From: Vibrio vulnificus CMCP6
GTDB lineage: Bacteria; Pseudomonadota; Gammaproteobacteria; Enterobacterales; Vibrionaceae
Direction: 5' to 3'
Assembly: GCF_000039765.1 (NCBI RefSeq)
Contig: NC_004459.3
Span: forward strand, 2,896,104-2,928,103
Length of the DNA stretch: 32,000 nt
The stretch's first letter is position 1, and every line of letters begins with the position of its first letter. The notes below the pieces were generated by a model, which saw only the letters and a list, made by a program, of their open reading frames with translations, had not been told where the DNA came from and ran no database searches. Shown here piece by piece: positions 9,014 through 17,315 of this stretch. The translations under genes were made by a program, and so were the position numbers.

Positions 9014-11509
9014 ATGCACTTCGACTCCGGTCTTTTAGCGCTGCTTTTTGTCATTATTGCGCTTTTTATTGGTGCCCTTGTTCGGCATCTTTTGAAAGGT
9101 TCCCAAGTACCTTACACCGTTGCCCTGCTAATACTCGGTATCGCAATTGGTTTGGCTCATCGCGGCAACGCATTTACCGACAATTATACGCTTATCGGCG
9201 AGACATTAAGCCTTGCCTCTGAGATCGATCCTCATCTGTTTCTGTTTTTGTTCCTACCAACACTCATCTTCGAAAGTGCTTTTGCGATGGAAGTTCATCT
9301 CTTTCGCAGAATGTTTACCCAAATCGTCATTCTCGCCGTCCCCGGATTAATGCTGGCGATATGGTTGACCGCTGAACTCGTGGCATGGGTATTACCTGAA
9401 CATTGGCAGTGGAGCTGGGCACTCTGTTTAATGTTTGGCGCACTCATCAGTGCCACCGACCCGGTAGCCGTGGTTGCCTTGCTAAAAGAAGTCTCATCGA
9501 GAAAACGATTGGAGACGCTCATCGAAGGAGAATCACTCCTTAATGACGGAACTGCGATCGTTTTCTTCTCCCTTTTTTATGGCTGGGTATTGATGGAATT
9601 CAGCAACCCTGGCGAAGCGATCACAGCGCCACCATGGCAAGCTGTCGCGCAGTTTTTTGTCGTGGTGTTTGTCGGACTCGCCGTCGGACTTATCCTTGGT
9701 GGCTTGTGTATTTTGTGGATAGATCGGGTGTTTAACGATCCTATGATTGAGATTTCGCTCACCATTGCCGCCGCCTATTCGGCATTCTTTATTTCCGAAA
9801 ACTTCCATGTTTCCGGCGTGGTCGCGGTGGTCACACTAGCGATTATGTTTGCCAGTGTGGGGAGAACAAGGATCAGCCCCGAGGTGGCAGGCTTCTTACA
9901 TCATTTTTGGGAAATGATGGCTCACATGGCCAACACCTTAATTTTTCTTCTTGTTGGGATCTTGGTGGCCATTCGCGTCCCACTCGACGATAAAGAAGCT
10001 TGGTTGGCACTCTTTGTTCTCTATCTGGGCATCATGGCAATACGAGCCTGCTCCATCACCGTGTTCATGCCCATTCTCAAACGAATCGGTATTGGCATCA
10101 CCTACGAAAAAGCCGTGGTTCTCTGCTGGGGTGGCTTGCGTGGCGCGGTTTCTCTGGCTCTGGCCATGACCGTAGCATCCTCCGACATCATTCCTAAACA
10201 GATTGGCGATCATGTGCTGTTTCTGTGTGCGGGCATTGTGGTGTTAACCATCTTGTTTAATGGATCCACGATGGGACACGTTTTGAAGTGGTTAAATCTA
10301 AGCAGCTTACCCCCGGGTAAGCAAGCTACAGTGGACAAAGCACAGCACGAAGTTAACCGAGTATTGCACGATATGCTACCCACGATGATGACCAGTGATT
10401 TTCTCAAAGGGGCTGATTGGGAAACCGTGAAACAAGGCGCTAAATTACAAGTGCTCAAAGAGTGCAATTCGCCCACAGAAATCACGCAGGATGAATTGCA
10501 CACTGCTTACTTGCGGCGTCTGCTCGAAACCGAACGTAAACACTATTGGACACAATTCTCTCAAGGTCTGATTGGCAAACAAGCAACCAACAAATTGGTC
10601 GAAGCGGTTGAACATGCTCTCGATGGCGATCCTATCATTGGCCCTCGCAATGAGTTGTTTACCACTTGGCGTTTGCCCGATTGGGTGGAACCACTTCGTC
10701 AATACAATAGTTGGAACAAGCTGCTGCTCAAAGTTTATTTCCGTCGTTTGGCGTTGGGCTACGATGTGGCTCGTGGCTTTATCCAAGCTCAAGAAGCACT
10801 CGAAAGTCACATTGATACCCTAGCACCTGATGCCGAGATCGCCGTTATGGTTCGCCAACAAGTGGAGCTCAATAAACGCCTCACGTTTGAGCGAATCGAA
10901 TCGCTACGGATGAGCTTTCCTGAAATTATCCAAGCCCTGCAATCCCAGGCCGCGACAAGGTTACTGCTCAACAGAGAGCGAGCGGTGATCAACGATCAAC
11001 TAAAACAAGCAGTACTGGACAAACCTGAGGCACAAAAATTGCTGAATATGGTTGAAGAGCGTATGGCAGCTCTGCAAAAAGAATCCATTTTTGACAAGTC
11101 GCAGGAGCAAAAGCTCATTAATGACATTCCTTGGGCTAGAGAGCTGAAGAGCAAAACTCGTGAAGAGCTCACCAGTTGGATAGAACACACCGTCTATGAC
11201 GCAGGTCAGTTGATTTGTGAGAATCAGCGACCACTCAACCGAATTGGCATTGTCAGCCGCGGCAGCATCACGGAACTCTATGAAACGCGTTCCGACGACA
11301 ACCTAGAGAAAGTTCGTACCACGATTGGTCCGGGAGAAACCTTTGCCTTGATCTCGCTGCTCACTGGCAAAACCAACGCTCAGTATGTCTCGGATACACC
11401 GACAGATATTATGTGGCTGCCCGTAGATAAACTGAAGCTACTCATGAATCAAGATCCCAATCTAACGGCGGTGGTCTGCCAACTATTTAAGCAGCTCAAA
11501 TCGGTCTAA
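9014..11509 (+). CDS. CPA1-family Na+(K+)/H+ exchanger fused to a long helical linker and a C-terminal cyclic-nucleotide-binding-like domain
   Basis: 831 aa. About 420 aa form the polytopic exchanger core (ATDPVAV, ESLLNDGTAIV, GGLRGAVSLALA). A helical region of about 280 aa follows. The C-terminal beta-roll-like segment is GQLICENQRPLNRIGIVSRGSITELYE...IGPGETFALISLLTGKTNAQYV. Confidence 0.85.
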   Translation: MHFDSGLLALLFVIIALFIGALVRHLLKGSQVPYTVALLILGIAIGLAHRGNAFTDNYTLIGETLSLASEIDPHLFLFLFLPTLIFESAFAMEVHLFRRMFTQIVILAVPGLMLAIWLTAELVAWVLPEHWQWSWALCLMFGALISATDPVAVVALLKEVSSRKRLETLIEGESLLNDGTAIVFFSLFYGWVLMEFSNPGEAITAPPWQAVAQFFVVVFVGLAVGLILGGLCILWIDRVFNDPMIEISLTIAAAYSAFFISENFHVSGVVAVVTLAIMFASVGRTRISPEVAGFLHHFWEMMAHMANTLIFLLVGILVAIRVPLDDKEAWLALFVLYLGIMAIRACSITVFMPILKRIGIGITYEKAVVLCWGGLRGAVSLALAMTVASSDIIPKQIGDHVLFLCAGIVVLTILFNGSTMGHVLKWLNLSSLPPGKQATVDKAQHEVNRVLHDMLPTMMTSDFLKGADWETVKQGAKLQVLKECNSPTEITQDELHTAYLRRLLETERKHYWTQFSQGLIGKQATNKLVEAVEHALDGDPIIGPRNELFTTWRLPDWVEPLRQYNSWNKLLLKVYFRRLALGYDVARGFIQAQEALESHIDTLAPDAEIAVMVRQQVELNKRLTFERIESLRMSFPEIIQALQSQAATRLLLNRERAVINDQLKQAVLDKPEAQKLLNMVEERMAALQKESIFDKSQEQKLINDIPWARELKSKTREELTSWIEHTVYDAGQLICENQRPLNRIGIVSRGSITELYETRSDDNLEKVRTTIGPGETFALISLLTGKTNAQYVSDTPTDIMWLPVDKLKLLMNQDPNLTAVVCQLFKQLKSV

Positions 11510-11518
11510 GCGCTAGAA

Positions 11519-11551
11519 AAACAAACGCCGCTTTTAAAGCGGCGTTTGTTT
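11519..11551. terminator. Bidirectional Rho-independent terminator between convergent genes
   Basis: 33-nt perfect palindrome AAACAAACGCCGC-TTTTAAA-GCGGCGTTTGTTT. It begins 10 nt after the exchanger stop and overlaps the stop of the minus-strand gene (11552-11550). Confidence 0.8.
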
Positions 11552-12212
11552 ATTTTCCAGTAAAGCTCAGCGGGATCTCCGCCAATTGGTTACCGAGGTT
11601 GCTCGGGAACACCAAATATTCACCATGATATTTGACGTTAGATTTATAGTCCGTCACCTTGTGAACCATAAAACCCGCTGCGCTCGCTTTCTCAACGAAA
11701 CCGGCATGGTGACCACGAACAAACCAGCTCATCGGTTTCACTAATAGCTCGCCGTCAAAACAGTTTTCGCACTGCTGCGCGCACAGTGCCAAAGAGTTCT
11801 GTCCTTCCGTGAAAATCTGCACTTTGCCACAGCCGACAATCGGATCTGAAGTCGACACTTCCCAGCCCGCGTTTTCCATTTCATCGAGAAAAGCTTCGAT
11901 CTGTTTGTCGGTAATCGCTTTTGGTGCGCCCTCTTGGGCAAAGAACGAAGCATAAAACGCAGAAATACGTTGGAACGTTGGCAACAGCGCCGCGTCATTT
12001 CCTTTCGAGCGTCCTGCTTTTTGCCAGCGAGTTAAGTCCGCGACAACACAACGGTCGAAACGCTGACCTTTCAGCGCTTTGGTCACCCAACGTACCAAAA
12101 AGTGGTTGTTGGCAATCGGTGCGTCGACCAATTTGCCCGATTGATGTTCCGCAGCCAGCTCAGCGAGTGCGGTATTCACTAAGCGCTGAATTTCACTTGT
12201 GTAGTTCGACAT
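11550..12212 (-). CDS. Conserved hypothetical cytoplasmic protein (220 aa), family not recognised
   Basis: This is ORF 11550..12290 trimmed to the ATG at 12212-12210 (MSNYTSEIQRLVNTALAELAAEH...), which overlaps the bcr stop as TAATG. There is no TM segment or signal peptide. It carries a Cys cluster, CAQQCENC. Confidence 0.7.
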   Translation of the reverse strand: MSNYTSEIQRLVNTALAELAAEHQSGKLVDAPIANNHFLVRWVTKALKGQRFDRCVVADLTRWQKAGRSKGNDAALLPTFQRISAFYASFFAQEGAPKAITDKQIEAFLDEMENAGWEVSTSDPIVGCGKVQIFTEGQNSLALCAQQCENCFDGELLVKPMSWFVRGHHAGFVEKASAAGFMVHKVTDYKSNVKYHGEYLVFPSNLGNQLAEIPLSFTGK

Positions 12213-13414
12213 TATGCTTTTCGTCCGAAAATCCAATAAAACAGTGCTGAAAGCACAGAGCACGCAGACATCACTAGCACCATAGGCCAAGTCACTCCTG
12301 ATGGCAGTATCGCAACCAAAGCACCAACTAGAGAGCCAGTGCCAAAACGCAATGTGCCCGCCAGAGAAGACGCCGTCCCTGCCATATTAGGGTAGCCAGA
12401 AAGCAATAGCGCCATTGCGTTACTGCCGATGGTAGAAAGTGTGCCGATAAATAGAACCACGAATGGTACCGTGCCCCATAGCCCAAGGTCTAGTAGCCAA
12501 CTGACAAATAGACCAAGACCGGCGATCAATTGAACAGTCAGCCCCAAACGCAACATGAAATGCGACCCTACTTTCTTCACCATTCGGCCATTTAGGCTGG
12601 TCATGATGATCATCGCAACGATGTTCAAGCCAAACAAATAGCCAAACTGATCGGGTGAAATACCATAAATATCAATATAGACAAACGAGCCTGCGGTTAA
12701 AAAAGCAAACATTCCGGAGAAAGAGAACGCGCCAGACAGAATCAACCCCATCGCTGTTTTGTTACAGCATAACTTTAAGTAGTTACGCATGGTCGTTTTG
12801 AAGCGCAATGGCTGTCGGTTTTCTACCTTGAGTGTTTCTGGTATTTGCCACCAGACAAGGGCGATCACGATAACGGCAAAAAACGCCAGCACCCAGAAAA
12901 TTGAACGCCAGCCAAACCAAATGGCTAGGTGCCCACCGATCATTGGCGCGACAAGGGGTGCAATAGTGATCACCAATGTGACGAACGACATCGCACGCGC
13001 AAAGTCCTCGCGATCAAACATATCGCGAACCACGGCTTGAATGATCACCGCTGCCGCGGCCCCCGCAAAGCCTTGCGCGGTGCGTACATACGTTAACGCA
13101 TCAATGCCATTGGTCGTGGCGCTGACCACCGCCGCTAGGCCAAAAAAGAGCACCCCAAGCAACAAAACCGGACGTCGACCAAAACTGTCTGCCAGTGGAC
13201 CATGAATCAGTTGGCCGAGCGCAAAACCTGCGGTATAAGCGGTTAAAGTAAACTGCACCGCACCGGCATCGACGCCCAAATCGCGTGCTATGGTCGGCAT
13301 CGCTGGTAGATACATGTCGATGGCCAAGGGTGTCAACGCACCGATGGCACCGAGTACAGCAAACAAAAAGAGGCTAATTTGTGATTGGCTAACGGCTTGA
13401 GATTGATTGGTCAT
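12212..13414 (-). CDS. bcr: MFS drug efflux transporter, Bcr/CflA family
   Basis: Trimmed to the ATG at 13414-13412 (MTNQSQAVSQSQISLFLFAVLGAIGALTPLAIDMYLPAMPTIARDLG...) with an ACGGAGA SD. It has the Bcr/CflA-type N-terminus and GPLADSFGRRP (MFS motif A). It is adjacent to rsuA, as in E. coli. Confidence 0.85.
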   Translation of the reverse strand: MTNQSQAVSQSQISLFLFAVLGAIGALTPLAIDMYLPAMPTIARDLGVDAGAVQFTLTAYTAGFALGQLIHGPLADSFGRRPVLLLGVLFFGLAAVVSATTNGIDALTYVRTAQGFAGAAAAVIIQAVVRDMFDREDFARAMSFVTLVITIAPLVAPMIGGHLAIWFGWRSIFWVLAFFAVIVIALVWWQIPETLKVENRQPLRFKTTMRNYLKLCCNKTAMGLILSGAFSFSGMFAFLTAGSFVYIDIYGISPDQFGYLFGLNIVAMIIMTSLNGRMVKKVGSHFMLRLGLTVQLIAGLGLFVSWLLDLGLWGTVPFVVLFIGTLSTIGSNAMALLLSGYPNMAGTASSLAGTLRFGTGSLVGALVAILPSGVTWPMVLVMSACSVLSALFYWIFGRKA

Positions 13415-13631
13415 TGATTCTCCGTTTTGGTTGCGATTGCGTCGCAACACTCCGGTCACAATACAATCTCGTTGCCCATGTTCCACAACAGTTTGCCAAA
13501 CGTTGGCCGTTGTCCTTTCTGCTAGAAATTCTGGGAGGGAAATGATGGCGTGATGCCATAGCAGCCTGCGTGAAGAGGTTAAAGAAATGTCAGCAGGCTG
13601 AACTATTGTGATACAGATTAGGCAGAAAGAC

Positions 13632-13650
13632 TAGTTCCGTATAGGAACTA
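13632..13650 (-). terminator. Weak hairpin just downstream of rsuA (possible terminator)
   Basis: TAGTTCC/GGAACTA 7-bp stem with a 5-nt loop, starting 3 nt after the rsuA stop. On the minus strand it is followed by GTCTTTCT, a poor U-tract. Confidence 0.3.
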
Positions 13651-13652
13651 AA

Positions 13653-14354
13653 TCATTTCCAAACAGAGTCTATTTCTTCCTGAGTGAGGTAACGGTATTC
13701 TCCCGGCTCAAGACTTTCATCCAGCTCGATCGCGCCAATACGCTCACGATGTAATTGCTCAACTTTGTTACCCAATGCCGCGAACATGCGTTTCACTTGA
13801 TGGTATTTGCCCTCATGGATAGTCAGCAGCACTTCGTTTTCATCCGCATTGACGATGGTCATCTGCGCTGGAAGCGTTAGCTCCTTTTCGTTACGCAATT
13901 GTACGCCTTCGGCCAGTTTTTCTGCATAATCACTGCCAATCGGGTCCGCCAACCAAACACGGTAAGTTTTGTCGCATTTATGCTTAGGCGAAGTAATACG
14001 GTGTGACCACTTACCGTCGTCGGTGATCAACACCAAGCCCGTGGTATCCACATCCAAACGACCTGCAAAATGAAGCTCATCCATTTTTACTTCGTCTAAT
14101 AAAACAAACGCAGTGTGGTTGAAACCATCTTCATGCGAGCAGACAAAACCTTCAGGCTTGTAAAGCATAATGTAACGCGGTCCTTGCATCGCCAGCTCGC
14201 GCCCTTGCCATTCAACCACACACTCTTCCGTTACTTTTACCGCACCGCTTTTTTGCACTTGTTCGTTAACGGTCACTTCACCACTTTTTAGGATCTTAGT
14301 GGCCTCTTTTCGCGTCGCGCCAAGCGCATCGCAAAGAAATTTATCTAAACGCAT
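13653..14354 (-). CDS. rsuA: 16S rRNA pseudouridine(516) synthase RsuA
   Basis: 233 aa. It has an S4 domain N-terminus (MRLDKFLCDALGATRKEATKILKSGEVTVNE) and the RsuA/RluB-type catalytic motif GRLDVDTTGLVLITDDG. It sits next to bcr and radD, as in E. coli. Confidence 0.9.
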   Translation of the reverse strand: MRLDKFLCDALGATRKEATKILKSGEVTVNEQVQKSGAVKVTEECVVEWQGRELAMQGPRYIMLYKPEGFVCSHEDGFNHTAFVLLDEVKMDELHFAGRLDVDTTGLVLITDDGKWSHRITSPKHKCDKTYRVWLADPIGSDYAEKLAEGVQLRNEKELTLPAQMTIVNADENEVLLTIHEGKYHQVKRMFAALGNKVEQLHRERIGAIELDESLEPGEYRYLTQEEIDSVWK

Positions 14355-14427
14355 GAATACCTCATCTGGTTAAGGTCGGGTATTATAGCGAGCTCACAAA
14401 GAATAGTTGAGTGATTTCATCGTTTCC

Positions 14428-16170
14428 ATGTACACCCTCAGACCTTATCAAGCCGACTCAGTCAAAGCCGTTGTGCACTATTTTCGCCGCCATTCCACGC
14501 CGGCAGTCATTGTGCTGCCAACTGGGGCGGGCAAAAGTTTAGTGATTGCCGAATTAGCACGATTGGCGAAAGGACGCGTATTGGTGCTGGCGCATGTAAA
14601 AGAGCTGGTTGAACAAAATCACGCGAAATATGAGGGATATGGCTTACAAGGTTCGATTTTTTCGGCAGGATTGGGACGAAAAGAAACCCAACATCAGGTG
14701 GTTTTCGCCTCTGTTCAATCGGTCGTTCGAAATTTAGAGCAGTTTCGTAATCAATTCTCTCTGCTGGTAATCGATGAATGCCACCGAGTACCGGAAGAAA
14801 AAAGCAGCAGCTATCAAAAAGTCATTAGCCATTTAACGGATCTCAATCCGGGGATAAAAATCCTCGGCCTAACGGCCACGCCTTATCGCTTAGGCATCGG
14901 CTGGATTTACCAATATCACACTCGCGGCCAAGTTCGCAGCGAAGACGCGCGATTTTTCCGCGATTGTATTTTTGAATTACCCATTCGCTATTTGCTCGAT
15001 GAAGGCTTTCTTACCCCAGCCAGAATGATGGACGCCCCCGTCTTGGCGTATGATTTTTCACAGCTGAAACCCGCTAACACAGGCCGCTATAAAGAAGCAG
15101 AGCTGTATATGGTGATCGATAAAGCCAAGCGTGCGACACCGCAGATCGTTGATCAAATCCTTCATCTCGCCCAAACCAAGCAGGGTGTGATGATTTTTGC
15201 AGCCACGGTGCGTCATGCCCAAGAGATCCACGGCTTATTGCCCGTAGATGACAGCGCTATCGTCATTGGTGACACGCCGACACCAGAACGAGATGAGATC
15301 ATCCGTCGCTTCAAAGCGCGTGAAATCAAGTTTTTGGTCAACGTCTCGGTGCTCACAACCGGCTTTGATGCGCCCCATGTTGATCTGATTGCGATTCTGC
15401 GCCCAACCGAGTCCATCAGCCTTTATCAACAAATTGTTGGGCGTGGTTTGAGGCTCTCCCCCGGCAAAGAAGAGTGTTTAGTGCTCGATTACGCGGGCAA
15501 CAGCTATGACCTTTATCAACCAGAAGTCGGCGATCCCAAACCAGACTCAAACAGTGAGATCATCACCATTCCCTGCCCCGCTTGCGGCTTTAATAACAAC
15601 TTTTGGGGCAAGCTCGACAGCAATGGCTTTTTGTTAGAGCACTTTGGCCGACGCTGCCAAGGGTATTTCACTGACGAAGAGAGTGGAGAGCGAGAGCATT
15701 GTGGTTATCGCTTTCGCGCCAAATATTGCGGTGAATGTGGCGCTGATAATGACATTGCAGCGCGCATCTGCCACGAATGCGATGCCACTTTAGTAGACCC
15801 AGATAAAAAGCTCAAAGAGGCGTTAAATCTCAAAGATGCGTTAGTGTTTGAATGCCTTGAGATGGTGTTGAGTGTGCATAAAAATCCTGAAGGCAAATCG
15901 CAGCTAAAAGTCAGCTATCTCGGCGATAATCAAGCCCAAGTGCATGAATTTTGGCCTTTAACCACCGCCAAACAGAAATTGCTGTTTAAGAATCAGTTTG
16001 TGCGACCTCACTTGGCAGACAAACATCGTCCTTTCGAAGAGGCCTCGCCAACCAAAGTGGTAGCTCACCAGCATCGATTCCGACCGCCACAATTTGTCAT
16101 TGCCCGAAAAAGCGGCCGTTTTTGGAAGATGCGCGATAAAATTTTTGAAGATGAACTGCAAGAGCGCTAG
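14428..16170 (+). CDS. radD: DNA repair helicase RadD (YejH), superfamily-2
   Basis: MYTLRPYQADSVKAVVHYFRRHSTPAVIVLPTGAGKSLVIAELARLAKGRVLVLAHVKELVEQNH..., DECH box (VIDECHRV), and a C-terminal Cys-rich zinc-ribbon region (CPACGF...CGECGADNDIAARICHECD). The start is ambiguous: the track uses TTG at 14407, and I prefer ATG at 14428 by analogy with E. coli RadD. Confidence 0.85.
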   Translation: MYTLRPYQADSVKAVVHYFRRHSTPAVIVLPTGAGKSLVIAELARLAKGRVLVLAHVKELVEQNHAKYEGYGLQGSIFSAGLGRKETQHQVVFASVQSVVRNLEQFRNQFSLLVIDECHRVPEEKSSSYQKVISHLTDLNPGIKILGLTATPYRLGIGWIYQYHTRGQVRSEDARFFRDCIFELPIRYLLDEGFLTPARMMDAPVLAYDFSQLKPANTGRYKEAELYMVIDKAKRATPQIVDQILHLAQTKQGVMIFAATVRHAQEIHGLLPVDDSAIVIGDTPTPERDEIIRRFKAREIKFLVNVSVLTTGFDAPHVDLIAILRPTESISLYQQIVGRGLRLSPGKEECLVLDYAGNSYDLYQPEVGDPKPDSNSEIITIPCPACGFNNNFWGKLDSNGFLLEHFGRRCQGYFTDEESGEREHCGYRFRAKYCGECGADNDIAARICHECDATLVDPDKKLKEALNLKDALVFECLEMVLSVHKNPEGKSQLKVSYLGDNQAQVHEFWPLTTAKQKLLFKNQFVRPHLADKHRPFEEASPTKVVAHQHRFRPPQFVIARKSGRFWKMRDKIFEDELQER

Positions 16171-16192
16171 CCTGATTCGGACAGAGACAAGG

Positions 16193-16225
16193 TTCACTTT
16201 CGATTCATCTTTATTCATTTATACT
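16193..16225 (+). promoter_or_regulatory. Three helically phased TTCA direct repeats abutting a TATACT -10; candidate OmpR-family response-regulator box and promoter of the PepSY/TCS operon
   Basis: TTCACTTTCGA-TTCATCTTTA-TTCATTTATACT. The TTCA repeats start at 16193, 16204 and 16214 (spacing 11 and 10 nt). TATACT is at 16220-16225, about 30 nt upstream of the PepSY ATG. Confidence 0.4.
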
Positions 16226-16254
16226 CGGCTCACACTCTTTACCAAGGTAAGAAC

Positions 16255-16644
16255 ATGTTAAATAGTAAGCTCACTTGCGCTCTTTTATTCTCTTCTCTCC
16301 TTGTTGCGCCCGCCATGGCGCAAAACCTTGAGCAAGATGGCCACAGACTTGTACAGGACGTCTACAAAGAAGGCACGGCAATCGAGTTTGATGAAGATCA
16401 GAACGAAGTATACCAAGCTGTGCAGCAAGGGTTGATCAAGCCTTTTTCTGAACTTTATTCTACCGTCGACAAACAACTCAATGGTCGCCTGATCAAAGTC
16501 GAGTTAGAAGAAGATGATGACGAATGGATCTATGAGTTAAAATTGGTCCATGATAATCACATCATCAAAGTGGAGTACAACGCCACCACCTTGGAACTCA
16601 TTGAGATAAAAGGTCGAAATTTACACGACGTCATCAAGAAATAG
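16255..16644 (+). CDS. Secreted PepSY-domain protein
   Basis: 129 aa with a signal peptide (MLNSKLTCALLFSSLLVAPAMA/QN). The C-terminal PepSY-like pattern is GRLIKVELEEDDDEWIYELKLVHDNHIIKVEYNATTLELIEIKG. AAGG SD at 16244-16247. Confidence 0.75.
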   Translation: MLNSKLTCALLFSSLLVAPAMAQNLEQDGHRLVQDVYKEGTAIEFDEDQNEVYQAVQQGLIKPFSELYSTVDKQLNGRLIKVELEEDDDEWIYELKLVHDNHIIKVEYNATTLELIEIKGRNLHDVIKK

Positions 16645-16655
16645 AGAAAGATCAT

Positions 16656-17315
16656 ATGAAAATTTTGGTAGTGGAAGATGACCCTCGTTTGGGCGAACAG
16701 ATTATTGAATCCCTCGAAAAAACGGGCTGGGTGCCTGAGCTTTCTCAAGATGGAATCGATGCTTTGTACCGTGCGACGTCAGAAGAGTGGGATGCAATAG
16801 TGCTGGATCTAGGCCTACCGAAGTTAGACGGATTAACCGTACTAAAAGGCATTCGTGACGAAAACATCAACACACCAGTGGTTATTTTAAGTGCGCGAGA
16901 TACCCTTACTCAACGCGTGGAAGGCTTAAACGCAGGTGCCGATGATTACTTAACCAAACCGTTTGAAATGGTTGAACTGATCGCTCGCATTCGCGCCCAA
17001 TTGCGCCGAGCCTCCGGTAACGCGTCACCAGTAATGCAAATCGGAGACCTGAGCTTGGACACACGTACGTCAAAAGTGATGTGGCAGGGTCAGGCGGTGA
17101 GTTTGACCGCACTGGAATACAAAGTGGTTGCCTATTTTGTGCATAACGCCGATAAAGTGATTTCACGTACTGAGCTGGTGGAACACATCTACAAGCAAGA
17201 CTTCGACCGTGATTCCAATACCATTGAAGTCTTCATTGGACGCATTCGTAAGAAGATCGCACCCAATATCATTAAAACCGTTCGCGGCCTTGGGTATCAG
17301 CTCAATGCCAACTAA
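16656..17315 (+). CDS. OmpR/PhoB-family response regulator
   Basis: 219 aa with a receiver domain (MKILVVEDD, IVLDLGLP, KPF) and a winged-helix output domain (LTALEYKVVAYF...IKTVRGLGYQL). Confidence 0.9.
   Translation: MKILVVEDDPRLGEQIIESLEKTGWVPELSQDGIDALYRATSEEWDAIVLDLGLPKLDGLTVLKGIRDENINTPVVILSARDTLTQRVEGLNAGADDYLTKPFEMVELIARIRAQLRRASGNASPVMQIGDLSLDTRTSKVMWQGQAVSLTALEYKVVAYFVHNADKVISRTELVEHIYKQDFDRDSNTIEVFIGRIRKKIAPNIIKTVRGLGYQLNAN

Noticed and set aside
13562-13600. 8-bp stem CAGCCTGC/GCAGGCTG with a 23-nt loop between rsuA and bcr.
   Set aside because: It has no U-tract in either orientation and no flanking motif. It could be an RNA stability element, but nothing in the sequence supports a specific function.
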